Positions 1 to 14,067 are shown, counted from the stretch's first letter. The stretch: 64,000 nucleotides of DNA from Paraspadella gotoi (GCA_051294375.1 CM119267.1:24234111-24298110), one strand, 5' to 3'. The notes: generated from the sequence alone by a model not told the origin. Translations and numbers: made by a program.

Positions 1-90
1 TGATGTCACTCGGGTTGTTGATCCAAACATAAAGATCTGAGACGGAACCGACCAAAGGTTCTTTGTACGAAGATTTGTCGTATCCCTTCA
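1..90 (-). CDS. Coding exon of a spliced host gene (runs off the window); possible laminin-G/pentraxin-like domain C-terminal part
   Basis: Acceptor ctctattcAG at 93-91. Phase-1 open frame (V)KGYDKSSYKEPLVGSVSDLYVWINNPSDI joins in frame to the exon at 317-386. The joined peptide FFVGNPP...LVGSVSDLYV resembles the LamG pattern l.vGG.P....f.Gci.dl.v (inference from memory, not a search). Confidence 0.6.
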
Positions 91-316
91 CTGAATAGAG
101 GCAAGATATATTAATTAGAATATTATAAGTATTCATAAATTTGACTGTGAGATGATAACATAGCAAGACTTTGCATGATTTCAATAATAGTCAACTCATC
201 AGCGTCAATAGAGACCACTGCTATTATTGTTGTTACGATCGTTTATAATAATTGTTTTATGTTTTCATTTTCTCTCAACGCCCCCTATCTAAGCCTCCCC
301 CCCGCCCTTAACTTAC

Positions 317-386
317 CATGACTCCAAGATGGCGGATTTCCGACGAAAAATCTTGGCACAGTAACGTTTTTGGCAGTAACATTGTT
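317..386 (-). CDS. 70-nt coding exon of the same host gene
   Basis: Acceptor cctgttAG at 388-387 and consensus donor G|GTAAGT at 316-311. Reads NNVTAKNVTVPRFFVGNPPSWSH+G; its phase-1 end matches the exon at 1-90. Confidence 0.6.
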
Positions 387-676
387 CTAACAGGAATTAT
401 TATCAAAAATTAATTTTAATAACGAGTTTAAGTGGCCGTTGTTGTCGCAGTTTGACGAACACACAGAGGGAAAGATGAAAAACATAAACCGCAAGATAGA
501 CTCATGTTAGTTTATCATTCTCTCTCTCTCTCTCTCTCTTCAGTTAACATCCCCCAATCAAGAATTGCAATGCAATGATCCACCCACAACGGAATTGAAT
601 TTGACGTCGTCTTCAAAAGTCTGCAGATTCCCCAAATAGATTTCCACATTGACTGCGTTCTGACGCGAATCTTTAC

Positions 677-749
677 GTTGATGTTGAGCACTGTGGGGAC
701 GGACGAGAGCCAACCCGGGAACATGTCTCCGGCGTTGCTGGTCACAAGT
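677..749 (-). CDS. Candidate upstream exon of the same gene
   Basis: (CT)n pyrimidine tract then ctcAG acceptor at 751-750, weak donor GTAAAG at 676. Reads LVTSNAGDMFPGWLSSVPTVLNIN with a phase-0 end compatible with 317-386. Confidence 0.35.
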
Positions 750-771
750 CTGAGCAGAGAGGGAGAGGAGG

Positions 772-838
<67 letters not shown>

Positions 839-944
839 TGGATTAAGATTTCAGAAAAAAATCATTTCTTTTCCAATTATATATTTTTTCCCCTAATTGT
901 ATCATCTGTTTAGCCAGTGTAACAAATCCTTATAATGATTAACA

Positions 945-1295
945 ATGTCACAATTTGTCAACGATTCTATCTCACACTGTGTCAGTGATTGTCTCTCACA
1001 ATTTGTCAGTGATTGTCTCTCACAATTTGTCAGTGATTCTCTCTCACATTTTGTCAGTGATTATCTCTCACAATTTGTCAGTGATTCTCTCTCACAATTT
1101 GTCAGTGATTCTCTCTCACAATTTGTCAGTGATTATCTCTCACAATTTGTCAGTGATTCTCTCTCACAATTTGTCAGCGGTTCTCTCTCACAATTTGTCA
1201 GTGATTCTCTCTCACAATTATTCAGTGATTCTCTCTCAAAATTTGTCAGTGATTATTTTCTCACAATTTGTCAGTGATTCTCTCTCACAATTACT
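945..1295. repeat. 24-bp minisatellite (TCACAATTTGTCAGTGATTCTCTC), about 14 copies
   Basis: Directly visible tandem array; explains the SLSQFVSD ORFs. Confidence 0.95.
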
Positions 1296-1399
1296 TTCGA
1301 TCCTGAAGCCAAATTCTTATCGGTTGCACTTGAATCACAAAATGGGCGCGTACTGTAAGGAGAGAGAGAGAGATAGAGAGATAGAGAGATAGAGAGAGT

Positions 1400-1442
<43 letters not shown>

Positions 1443-1699
1443 GTTTAGCTAAATAAATATTAATTAATTATTACAATACTCACCATCTGCTGCGTCGAAA
1501 CAAGCGAAAAGAGGAATCGAATCTTTATGTTTTTCTGTTTAATAATAAAAATTATTTTATTTCGTTTCATCAAAGATTATCTGGAAATATTTAATTTTCA
1601 TTACTACTTCACCCACTCTGCTCTTTTCACACACTTCCTAATTCCACATTCCCCCTCCTCTCATATTCCCCCCTCCAAAATCTCCCTTTTCACACTTCC

Positions 1700-2060
1700 A
1701 CTTTTCCCTCTTTCCACACTCCCTCCCTCCCCACCCTTCTCACACTTCCTCCTTCCACGCGCCTCAACCCACACTTCCCCTCTTCACCTTGCTCCTTCCT
1801 CTTCGACACTACCGCCACCGTTCCCACACCTTCCCACCACCCTTCCATACTTCCTCCCTTCCACCCCTCAACCCACACTTCCCCCCCACACTTCCCCCTC
1901 TTCACCTTGCTCCTTCCTCTTCGACACTAACCGCACACCTTCCCACACCTTCCCCCGCCCTTCCCACACTTCCTCCCTTCCACCCTCAACCCACACTTCC
2001 CCCCACAACTTCCCCCTCTTCACCTTGCTCCTTCCTCTTCGACACTACCGCCACCTTCGC
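1700..2060. repeat. About 120-bp pyrimidine-rich tandem repeat, 3 copies
   Basis: cttcccctcttcaccttgctccttcctcttcgacacta recurs near 1775, 1890 and 2010. Confidence 0.85.
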
Positions 2061-2289
2061 CCAGAAGCTAAACGAATTCAGCGGTGCCGCCGAAGCTCGA
2101 TTCTTCTTCTTCATCTCTTTTCTTTCGGCGACGACGTAAATCCACGGCCTGATTGGGCGGCTCCACGAAAGGGACACTTCCTCTGGCATGGTTGGCCTGC
2201 TCGCCTTCAGAGAGATGTAATTCATGTCGTAGTGGCGCTTTTGTCTCTCTCTCGATCTCTCTCATCTCGCGCTCTCTCTTTCGACCACT

Positions 2290-2320
<31 letters not shown>

Positions 2321-2325
2321 TCTCG

Positions 2326-2378
<53 letters not shown>

Positions 2379-2379
2379 A

Positions 2380-2421
<42 letters not shown>

Positions 2422-2584
2422 TCTAGCTATTACTCTTCCTCCCTCCTTCCTCTTCCCTCGCCCTCTCCCTCTCCCTCTCCCCCTCTCCCCTCTCCCCTCT
2501 CTCCTTTCGCTTCTCACCTTTCGGCAAATCCAAATTAACGAAAACGCAAAAACGAAATTTATCCGAAACTCCATCAAAATATTT

Positions 2585-2725
2585 TTTTTCCCGCTTCTCA
2601 ACGTTCGATTCCGCTGCTCGGCATTTGCCCCTTCTTTCTTTTTCCGCTTCTTCTTTCCGCTTCTCAGCGAACGATTCTTCTTTCCGCTTCTCAGCGTCCG
2701 CTTCTTCTTTCCGCTTCTCAGCGGC
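2585..2725. repeat. About 27-bp tandem repeat (TTCTTCTTTCCGCTTCTCAGCG)
   Basis: 3-5 imperfect copies visible. Confidence 0.8.
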
Positions 2726-3084
2726 GAGACGAACGTTTCCTCTCCAATTTCGATTCGTTCATCGCGTAAAAAGTTGAATAAAGCGAAATCGTAACGATCG
2801 AACGTAAGGAAAGAAAAAAAGTGAAGCCGATCTTTTGTTTCTCAATTTTTGACGATAGATGTCTCTAGGGTGTCGCTGTGTCCAGAGAGAAGCCGGGAGT
2901 GGCTCTTTTGTTCGAGAATAAAATCGAGAAAAAGTGAAAATTATTGGACAAAGAATAAATATTGATTAAGAGGAGGAAAACGTGGATGACGTTAAAGGAG
3001 AATCAATGAAAAAATATGCGTTTAAAAAATTGAAAGGAAAAGTGTTTACGGGAAACTCGATCTCGGCCGGAGGCTGATTGCTAT

Positions 3085-3255
<171 letters not shown>

Positions 3256-3464
3256 TGTATATATATATCAATATTTAAAAAAAAGAATATGGAATTTCAA
3301 AAGGAAAAAATTAAGATGTTAAAAAATTGAAATCCGAATTTAAAACAAAGGCGGTAGTAAAAAAATGGATTAAAAATCGTGAGGAGAGAGAAAAAAATGA
3401 ATGGAAAAGGAATGAAAAGGAATTTATCCCTGACTCACTCTCTCTCTCTCACTCTCACTCTCTC

Positions 3465-3531
<67 letters not shown>

Positions 3532-4031
3532 CCAAGCGCCGCAAACCAAGAAAGCAATTTCTTTTAAAAAAATTAAAAAAAACAACTTTTCTCTCTATTA
3601 TTTCCGTTGATTTATGGAGTTTTTCGCCTCTAAAAAACTGAGAGCGAGATCTTCGGGAAATGTCGCTAAGTACGAGAAAGAGGGAGAGGGGAGAAGGGGG
3701 GAGAGAGAGGAGGAAGAGAGGGAGGAGGGGATTATAAGGAGAGTGAAAACTCTGGGAGTGGATAAGCAGTGAGGGAGTCTTGACTGTCCAAAGTCAGCAT
3801 ATTAAATGAATAGAAAAAAAAAGTGTGAAGAATAAAAATAGTTAAAAAAGAAAGTTGTTAGAGAAGAAGAAACAAGTGAATTTAAAATACATAAAAATGA
3901 TATAAGATGTATAATATTAATAAAGAGATAAACTGGAGCAAAGATGAAGAAATAAACCTGGAAAGAAGCAAAGAAAGAAAGAAAGAAAATGAAAGAAAAA
4001 AAATTCGAAAAACTGTAGAATAAAAGAGAGA

Positions 4032-4690
4032 ATGTAGTCGGGCATGGCCTAGGTTCACCCCGCCTATAAGCATGACTCTTTCAGTTGTGGATCCAGTGGC
4101 TCATTGAGTAAGCATCAGCTCATGACCACTAGGTACCGGTTATCCCAACCTGGTACCTACCCTGCGGAAGAGTGAGGACGGCCGTAAGCCGCCTTGGGGT
4201 GTGGCAAACCCTCAAGCTGTTCCAACCCAGGACCGTTCCATGTCTGCTAGAGGGGGTTATAGAAGTTACGGATATTCTTCTGCCCACTTAGCGCCTTATC
4301 CACACTGGTGAGCCCATCCTGTCGAACGTATTCCACCTTCTGATTCCAGGCCCATGGACGTGCGAAGATTGCTCCCCTCCCTCCACTGGAAGCAGTGCAG
4401 GGTGGGTTACAACTGGGGGCATGTAGTTGGCATTGCCTAGGTTCACCCCGCCTATAAGCATGACTCTTTCAGTTGTGACCGGTGGCTCATTGAGTAAAGC
4501 CATCAGCTCATGCACTAACGATCCGGGTTCAATCCAACCTGGTACCTACCCTGCGGGAAGAGTGAGGACGGCCGTAAGCCGCCTTGGGGCGTGGCAAACC
4601 TCAACCTGTTCAAGCCCAGGACCCGTTCCATGTGCTAGAGGGGGTTATAGAAGTTACGGATTCATCTTTGCTCCACTTAGCGCCTTATCC
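4032..4690 (+). mobile_element. Tandem 389-bp unit (about 1.7 copies), each containing a tRNA-derived SINE (about 4090-4301 and 4478-4690)
   Basis: atgtagt..gcctaggttcaccccgcc starts at 4032 and 4421. The head GACCGGTGGCTCATTGAGTAAAGC..TCAGCTCATGCACTAA..GGGTTCAATCC has A-box and B-box similarity and a CAT anticodon-like loop. The body is shared with the SINE at 23528-23770. Confidence 0.7.
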
Positions 4691-5109
4691 AAAAAAGACT
4701 AATAAAAGAAAGAATAAGAGAGATAATTATATAAATTAATATAAAACAATAAAAGAATAAAGAACAAAGAAAGAAATAGAAAAGAAGAGAGAAGAAACTT
4801 GCGTTGTAAAAATGAGACGAAACGACTGGAGAGGTGGAGGGAGGAGAGGAGGAGGAGGAAAAGGAGGAAGAAGGAGGAGGAGGAAGAAGAAGAGGAGAAC
4901 GAAAAGTAGAAAAAGAAATCCATCAAGAGGAAGAGATGAGGAGGAGACACGCGTCCATCCACTATCCTCTCTCTCTCTTTCTCTCTCTCTCTCTCCTCTC
5001 TCTCTCTCTTCATTCCCGCCGCGGGTGCATCAGACGAAAAAAAAGGAGACCCATTCACGATTTTTCTCTCTGAGCCGAAATCACTTCACGAACGGAAACT
5101 AGAATATTT

Positions 5110-5460
5110 TTCACTGGAACTTCTCACTGATCAATCTTTTTTCTTTTCACTGGAACTTCTCACTGGAGTCAATCTTTTTCTTTTTACTGGAACTTTATCT
5201 CACTGGAGTGAACCTCTTTTTTTTACAGGAACGTAATCTCACTAGTTCTCTCGCTGGAGTGAACCTTTTTATTTTCTCTGGAACTTTATCTCACAGGAGT
5301 GAACCTCTTTCTTTTCACTAGAACTTTTTCTCACTGATTCTCTCACTGGAGTGAACCTTTTTATTTTCTCTGGAACTATATCTCACAGGAGTGAACCTCT
5401 TTCTTTTCACTGGAACTTTTTCTCACTGGTTCTCTCACTGAAGTGAACATCTTTTCTTTC
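5110..5460. repeat. Degenerate minisatellite (CACTGGAACTTTATCTCACTGGAGTGAACCTCTTT), about 38-bp units
   Basis: Repeated cactggaact and ggagtgaacc motifs. Confidence 0.85.
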
Positions 5461-6184
5461 TTTTGTGAAAATCGTTTCCATTTTTTTTCCTTTTGCTCTT
5501 TTGTTTTCGCTTTTCTTTTTACTCCGTCGATTCGGCGACGCCATCTGCAGGATTTTTTTTCAAAACTCGAATTGTTTTTTTCGTGAACAAAAAAAATTGT
5601 TGACTTTCAAATTCGAAGGAAAAAAAGGAAAGAAAATGAAAAATTCGCTCGACTGAATTATTTCTTATCGAAGCGAAAATAATTTGAGAGAGAAAAGAAA
5701 AAGGGAAAAGTTTAATTTATATTTTAAAAATGAATCTTTAACCAAAAATATAAAAGAAAAATAATTGAAAATTTCTTTCAAAAACAATAAAAACCGAAAT
5801 AAAAGAGAAAATAAAATAAAGCGGTCATTTAGAAAATTACACCTACTATTACTACTATTATTACTACTACTATTACTACTACTGCAACTCAATTAGTGAG
5901 AAACAAAACATTGAAAAAGAAAAATAAATACCAAAAAAATCTGTCAACAAAAATAACAAATTTCCTAATTTGTGGGAAATCGAAAACAATAACAAAATCC
6001 TAGAGGATTAAAAAAATAAAACGACGACGACGACGACGACGACGACAAAAAAAATCGTGAATTCGGCGCCAAATGTGAAATCACGGGGAAATTTCGTTCA
6101 CGTACGAAATCAATCAACGAAGAGGTGAGAAGTCAAAAGTGAGGAGTTGAGAGTGAAGAGCGATAGAGAAGTGAGAAAGAGAAG

Positions 6185-6254
<70 letters not shown>

Positions 6255-6317
6255 GAGAGAGATAAAAATAAAAAAAATCAAAGAGAGAAAAAATTGATAA
6301 AACAAATGAAGAGAGAG

Positions 6318-6402
<85 letters not shown>

Positions 6403-6570
6403 AGCGATAAAAAGGCGACGAATAGAAAGGGAGAGATAAGGGAGAGAAAAATTGTCAAAATAGAATTCTTTTATTTTCAAAAAAATACAAATTGAAATAT
6501 GAAACTCGTCCCCAAAAAAGAAGAAGAATTGTCGACGAAGAATAGAAATTTGACAACAGAGAACGATGGA

Positions 6571-6609
<39 letters not shown>

Positions 6610-7890
6610 GAAATAAATGTGTTTCTCGTTTCGAAAAATGTCGAATGAAAAAAAAGGATGACGGAAACAAAAGATGAGTTTTTTCTGAAAACTCGGGACA
6701 ACGAAGCGCGACGGGCGTGGATGATAAGCGAAAGTAGAAAGAAAGTTAAAGTGGAAAGAAAAAGAGAGAAAAAAGTGAAAGTAAAAGATAAAAATAAGAG
6801 GTAGAAAGTATCATACTAAAATTGTACATTGAAAGTTAAAAAAAACCGAATAAAAGAAAAATGTAAACAAAAATAAACTAAAAAGTAAAAGAAAAAAAAC
6901 AAAAGGTTGAAAAGAAAAAAAAGGGAAAAAAAATATCGTGACGACGTCATTGGAAATTTGAGATAAGAGAAAAGAAGATGAGAGAAAAAAAGAAAAATAA
7001 AAAGAGTAAAAAGTCGATAAGGTTGTAAAAGAAAGAAAAGAGAGAAAAGGAAAAAAGGGAAAAAAGAAAAGGAGAAATAAAAGAGAGAAAAGGAAATGTG
7101 TGAAGATGACGAAATCGCGTTGGATGAAGGAATAAAGAAAAATCGGAAAGAGATTTGGCGGAGGAAAAGGGAGGAAAGGAAAGGGAGAAGGGAGGGAGGA
7201 AAGAGAGAGAGAAAAGGGAGAGAAAGGAGGAAGGGGAAGGAGGAAGGTAGAAAAAGAGGAAGGGAGGAAAAGAATAAGAAAGGAAGAAAAGAGGAAGGAT
7301 TTAAAGAAATTAACGGATCAATGTCATTGGAGAAGGAGAAGAGTGAAAGGGAGAAAGAGCAGAGAGAGAGAGAGAGAAAAGAAAGAAAGGTAGGGAAAAT
7401 AAAATAAGGAATATTCCAGAGAAGGAGTCAAAGATTGAAGAGGCCAAGAATGAAAGAAAAGATTACGCGAGAGACAAGAAAGATAATTGGGAGGAAAATC
7501 AAAATCAGTAGAAAATTAGAAAAAATAAGCATAAAAATCAAAAAAGAAGAACGGTGATTCCAATGTCAAGTCTAAAAAACTTTCTTAGCCCTTGTATTTA
7601 TGAAATGCACTGCAGCGACATTAATTCCTTTTAGTTTTAGGATTTCTTGAAGGCGGCGCTAGCAGTCACTTAGCTTCGAGGTTTTTTCCTGTCTTAACGA
7701 ATGAGCCACCAACTATAGGCAAATCATATGCATTTTGATGTCTAAGTTAAATATATAAATTATATGAAGAAATATATGAAACTAAAAAACAGAAAAAACT
7801 GAAAGAAAGAAAAAATGAAATAAAGAGGAAAAAAATCCGACGATTGTGACTCAAACTTTGCGAGCGAAAGGAAGGACTTCATTAATCAGC

Positions 7891-8006
<116 letters not shown>

Positions 8007-8870
8007 TTGTTGCATCCTCCCCGTTTAGAAGAGATACAGAGAGGTAGAAAATCATAAAACCAGTTCGATAAAAAACCTGGGATGGATAAGCAGACCGATA
8101 GACAGACTGACAGACTGACAGACCGACAGACAGACCGACAGACAGACCGACAGACTGAACGACAGACCGGATTGACGACTGACAGAAGGCTAAAATAATC
8201 CCAGCGAATTATCATTTTAAGTGTTAGTTAACTTATTTTGATATTAATGAAAACATTGGCCAGAGAAACAAAGGCGAAACAGAGTCGAGTGAATGAGAAA
8301 ATTCCATCGGTCGAATCCGTGAAATTAATTCCAAACGAAGAAGGCGTGAATTTGATCATAACATGAGAGGCGTTATGTTGTTTGTCTCAATATAGACGGC
8401 GTGATGTTGTCGATGTTGTTGATGTTGTTGTTGATGGTGTGATGTGATTAAAGAAATTCCGTCAGTGGAGTAACTTAATCTAATCCCAATCTTCCAATCT
8501 TTTAATCTTCTAATCCTTATTTGGGGCAATTACTGCAATGCCACAATTACCCAAATTGCAGCGCCGTAATTGATACAATCGCCTTAATTGTCACAATGCC
8601 GATTTTGCATTTCCCACTTGCCGTATTTGTTAAAACATTGTAATTACCGCGTTTGCAACAATTACCATATTGCTGCAATTGGCATCATGCTTCCGCAAAA
8701 CTTCCGCAATGCCGCCATGCCGCGATTTCTGAAAAGCAATTATGCTATTATGTCTCACTCAGTCTCCGATTTCTCTGAGCTTTCACGCGACGGCGAAGGA
8801 CAAGAGAAAAGAATAATAATTTTTTATGCATAAATTGGGAAATTGTTTTCTAGAATAACAATGGACAACG

Positions 8871-9116
8871 NNNNNNNNNNNNNNNNNNNNNNNNNNNNNN
8901 NNNNNNNNNNNNNNNNNNNNNNNNNNNNNNNNNNNNNNNNNNNNNNNNNNNNNNNNNNNNNNNNNNNNNNNNNNNNNNNNNNNNNNNNNNNNNNNNNNNN
9001 NNNNNNNNNNNNNNNNNNNNNNNNNNNNNNNNNNNNNNNNNNNNNNNNNNNNNNNNNNNNNNNNNNNNNNNNNNNNNNNNNNNNNNNNNNNNNNNNNNNN
9101 NNNNNNNNNNNNNNNN
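8871..9116. other. Assembly gap (N run); further 25-N gaps at 29010-29034, 30220-30244, 35427-35451, 45896-45920 and 58347-58371
   Basis: N runs. The 30220 gap has agtct on both sides, suggesting an overfilled or negative-gap placeholder. Confidence 0.99.
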
Positions 9117-9125
9117 GTGGGTTGT

Positions 9126-9164
<39 letters not shown>

Positions 9165-9402
9165 AGAGAGAGGAAGCCACTGCCACTTTTTCTTTTCCTC
9201 TTTTTTATGGCTTCTTTGTTATTTCTTCCTTTTGGCTTCCTCTATATATTTTTTATGAACTTTTTTCCCAACATTCATATTTTTTAAAAAATCGTTTCTT
9301 GACATTTGACTTTATCTTGTTTTTATTTATGCCCTCTCCTCTCTATCTTCTCTAACTCTTCCTCCTCTCTCTCTCCTCTTCCAATCTCTCGTCTCTATCT
9401 CC

Positions 9403-9441
<39 letters not shown>

Positions 9442-10022
9442 TCCTTCTCTCCTTCCGTCTTCTCTTCTGCTCGTGTCTCTCTTCTCGTTCTCTCTCTCTC
9501 TGCTCAGCCTGTCGTTCGTCTTGTCCCTTCTCTCTATCGTTCGTCTCTTCGTCTATGCGTCCTCTCGTCTCTCTCCATACTTTTTCCATCTTTTCTCTTT
9601 CTTTGGGTCTGGTGTTTTTTTTTTCCGTTAAAACTCTTTTCCCTTTTTCCTTTCTTTGTCCTTCCCTATGTCCTAACTTCTTTTCTTTCTACTGTTTTGT
9701 CCCTTTCTTCTCTCTCTCTCTTGGCCGATCATTTCTTTCTTTCTTTCTTTTCGTCTTATTTCCGATATTCCTCTTTCTTATTTCCTTTTCTTCTTTATTT
9801 CTTCTGTCTTTCTTATCCTTCTTTTTCTTGTCCTTCCTTCGCCTTTCTTGTTTTCATCTTTTTGTCACTTTCCCTTGCCTTCTTTCCTCTTTTCTTCGGC
9901 GAATTCCATCAAAAGTCTTGAGCTTTGGAAGAAACTCCGGGTTTACGTAACGTTCACATGTAAAGTGCCGAATGACGGAATTTCGAAATTGGGGGTTGTT
10001 GTGGAAAATGAAGGGAGTGAGT

Positions 10023-10062
<40 letters not shown>

Positions 10063-10527
10063 AGAGAGGAAGAGAGAGAGGAGAGAGGTCTCTCTGTCTC
10101 TCTCTCTTTCTCTCACTCTCTCCTCTTTAATTTTAGTTCATTTTGTTTTTCTCTAAGCCAAAAAAGCCCAACCCAGTTCGAATAGTAATTATCCTGTTCA
10201 TGCGATGTCATTACAATAACATTAAAAATATATCTTTAAAAAAATGAAAAGTTATTCGCCAAGAGAGAGAATTAAAAAATAAAAACCTGACACCAACTGA
10301 AAAGATAAGAGTCAAAAAAGTTGGGAAATAAAAAAAGGAAAGGAAAGACGTCTGATGAAAAGGAAACGATTTGAAGAGAAAATGAGGAAATAAAAAGTCA
10401 GTGGAGGAAAAGGAAAGAAATTTGAGAAAAAGGAATGAATTGGAGGAAAAATGAAAGAAATGGGAAGGAAAAGGAAAGAAATTGGAGGGGGAGGGACTGA
10501 GAGAAGAGAAGGAGTAAGAAAGAAAAA

Positions 10528-10611
<84 letters not shown>

Positions 10612-10683
10612 AGGTAGAAAAAGGAAGGAAGGAAAAAAAAACTGAAACTAGAAACTATGAAGCGGGGGAGAGAGAGAAAGAGA

Positions 10684-10749
<66 letters not shown>

Positions 10750-12769
10750 CAAAATTGATGATTCAGGATCGCCACTAAGGGAAGGCGTCACCCGCCGACA
10801 CCGCCGCCACCGCCGCCGCCGCCCCGGCCCCGGCCCCGCTGCAGCAGCCGCTGTGGTCCCCTACGTTTCTGTCGCCGTCAAGATTCCGATAAGGTTGTGA
10901 TTTTTTTTTTTACCGGTCCGATTCTATAGGGAGGAGTTTGAGAATAGAATAAAAAGTGGGGATCAAAGATGGGAGTGGGGAACAAGAAGAGAGTGGGAAG
11001 GGAATAGTTGGGATAAGAGATAGGAAATGGGGAACAAGAAGGGAGCTGAAGGGATCAGAGGGGATAAGAGATAGAAATGGGGGAACAAGAAGAGTGTCGG
11101 AAGAGGATGAGAGCGGGATAAAGAGATGGGAATGGGCGAACCAACAGAAAGGAGTGGGCAAGGGATCAGAGGGGATAAGAGATGGGAAATGGGGAACAGG
11201 CGGAACAGGAGAACAAGCGATAGGAGGTAAAGATATCCTACAAAATATTTTTAAAAAAGACAGCAACTAAATTAGATCGAGAAACATGTACTATTTCAAA
11301 TTATAATACTAAAAAACACAGGTCAAAAGATAAGTTTTTTGTTGAAGCCCAAAATTTAAAAGCAGATTTAACTTTAAGCTTCAAGCGAAACGTGAGTCTG
11401 TGAAAGGAAAGGGCTTTTGTGAGTCTGTGAGACCGTGAAAGAAAGGGCTTGGTCGAGTCTATAAACGCCATGAGTGAAAGCGAAGTTGTAGTTACACAGA
11501 GATGGTGTAATTATTGATTGTTATAACGATTTTTAAAATTATTACGGGGGTTAACAACTTAACATCCTGGAGTGTTAAGAAGCGCTAGGACCTTCGTGTT
11601 CTGGTTTGGAGTGCCAACCACGATGAGAGCGTCGGGGAGTGTTAGGAAATAAACTCGTCAGAGTCCCACCGATGGCCCAGACTTTTCATTCGCGCTTGAG
11701 TCGCAGTGACACAGAATTGACAAAGGCCGGTGCTGGAAAAAAAAAACCGGAATTTTGTCGTTAAAATTTTTTAAGTTGCAAAGGAGGTTTAAAGTTTAAT
11801 GCAAACTTCACTCGCACTTTGGCCCTTTTACCCTATGACCCTCTTGTTCGCTCAAGCGTTTTTGCGCGTTCCAAACCCTTCCGGTTCCGATCCCTGCCCA
11901 ACCGGCACGTTCTTTCCTCCAGTGCTTACCTGGTACAACATGAGCTTGGTAAGCGCACAAACATCACCGCTTTTTTGAAGTGAGTTTAAACTGAGTTTTT
12001 AACATTTGACAAAAATCATTACAGACATTTCGGATTTTATTTTTTAAATACGATTGAATTACTTTTGCTTTCCTGTACACCATGCAGTTCATATTGTACC
12101 GCAAAGGATAGTATGCATAGTATGCGAAGTAAGATCTGTGCCGGGCTCTGTGTGCAGTGCTCTGTGCACAGTGCAATCCCTCTGTAATTCGACTTTCTTG
12201 TGCCCAAACAGAAAGATGTTATCTGTAAACTGAATGTGGCCTCTTGTACTGACGTGAAACCGTCTCGTTATTCTTCTTCCATTTCGGTATGGACTATGCA
12301 GTACGCAAAAACTACAGCATACCAGTGCAGCATTCTCCAGCATCATATCACATCAACCACAATCGCATTTAGGGTCATCGACTTCGATCGACGAGCGAAG
12401 GGAAAATGAGGAAATTATGCAGAGATCCCGATGAGAATTCGGACATTGTGGAGTGAGACCCGAGAACGCTAATGGATTGAGGCGAGATCTCAATCAACGA
12501 GACAAGACGTGAAATCTCACACAGATCTCGCGAATAAAGATTGCATTCAGAGATTTTAAGTAGAGATGAATACAATCACATCTATTTCGATACGGATTCT
12601 GACCCGAGATTTACGGATTAGATTCAGAGATGAATGACAAAATGAATGTTAAATTAAGCGTCTTTTGAACAATTTAATAGATCTGTTTGTTATGAGATTC
12701 TTTCGATTTAGTTTCCACAGATCTTCCAAAACTAAAACTACTAATTATGTTATCCAGAACCTAAAAAAC

Positions 12770-12900
12770 ATTAGCTGCATTGTGGACCCAAGGCCAAATG
12801 GCAAAAAAAAAGCATTAGCTGCATTGTGGACCCAAGGCCAAATGGCAAAAAAAAAGCATTAGCTGCATTGTGGATCCAAAGCCAAATGGCAAAAAAAAGC
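12770..12900. repeat. 44-bp tandem repeat x3 (CATTAGCTGCATTGTGGACCCAAGGCCAAATGGCAAAAAAAAAG)
   Basis: Three near-identical copies. Confidence 0.95.
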
Positions 12901-13129
12901 CATAAGAGTTTTTCCAAAAAAAAATAGCAAAAGATGGAAACAATTTAGTCAAACAAAACAATTAGCAAACGCAACATGAAATATCATCTTAACTCATCTA
13001 CTCATACCCTATCGAAATCTCTCATCCAAAAATTCTAAGAAACCTGTAAAATTATAACAATATCCAAATCAAAGAAAAAAAAATAATCTTTTATTAAGAT
13101 GCAATAAAAATACCTAAATATTCCATCGA

Positions 13130-13345
13130 ATGTTCCCATCTCAAGATTCCAACTTAAGATTCATCTAAAAATCCCATTAAAAGATCCCATCCAAAGATCC
13201 CTTCTCAAGATTCCAGCTAAGGTTCCCTTCTAAAGATCCTATTTTACATACTCATCTCACGATCCAATCAAAAAATCCCATCTCGATATCCCTTCTTAAG
13301 TTCCCATCTCAAGATCCCATCTCAAGATCCCATCTCAATATCCCC
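13130..13345. repeat. Degenerate 13-14-bp repeat (GATCCCATCTCAA)
   Basis: Multiple imperfect copies. Confidence 0.8.
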
Positions 13346-13482
13346 CTCAGATAATCTCGTTGTTTTCTTCTCTCAGAATTATTCATGAGAGCCTCTCTAG
13401 TCCGCCCGTGTTTCCTTGTTATTCTTATTGCCTGGCTCTCTCCCTGTCTCTCTATCTCCCTCTCTCTCTCTCTCTCCCTCTA

Positions 13483-13513
<31 letters not shown>

Positions 13514-13580
13514 TTCTCTCTCTCTCTCTAATCTCCCTCTCTCTCTCTCTTTCTCTCTCTCTCTCCTCTATCTTTCTCTG

Positions 13581-13629
<49 letters not shown>

Positions 13630-14012
13630 CTCTATATATATATATCTCTCTCTCTCTCTCGCTTACTCCCGTCTCTGGTTCATATCATAACAGAGACAAT
13701 GACCTCAGACAGCAGAAATGTTTCAGCTGCGGCAATCGATTCTGTTCAACTTGTTGTAGTCGTTGTTGTTGTCGTTGTTGTTGTTAAGAATTGATGGAGG
13801 GAGACAGAGAGAAAACGTAGGTGTTCAAAGAAAGATAAAATTGGAAAAAAAAATAATATGGTAATACGATGCGAAAAATGTGGAGATGAAAAAAAATATG
13901 AAATGACGAAAGAGTGAAAATAAAAAAGAAAGAGAGTAAAAGAAAAAAAAAGATTTAAGTGAATGGGAATAGAAAAAAGGAGATCATAAAGAAAGAGAGA
14001 GAGAGAGATGAG

Positions 14013-14067
<55 letters not shown>

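Noticed and set aside
297-335. GC-box plus YY1 motif CAAGATGGCGG as a plus-strand promoter
   Set aside because: Better explained as part of the minus-strand exon 317-386 and its donor site.
1484-1534. Exon joined directly to 677-749
   Set aside because: Splicing in the frame required by the downstream exons creates a TGA stop.
4455-4512. Possible hammerhead/retrozyme on the minus strand of the 389-bp tandem unit
   Set aside because: The core is CTGATGG/C with no valid stems I-II; a plus-strand tRNA-like head explains the sequence.
4478-4550. Functional tRNA-Met gene
   Set aside because: Anticodon and T stems are broken and it continues into a SINE body.
11922-11960. U1-like CTTACCTGG / small hairpin
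   Set aside because: No further U1 similarity; the hairpin is short and imperfect.
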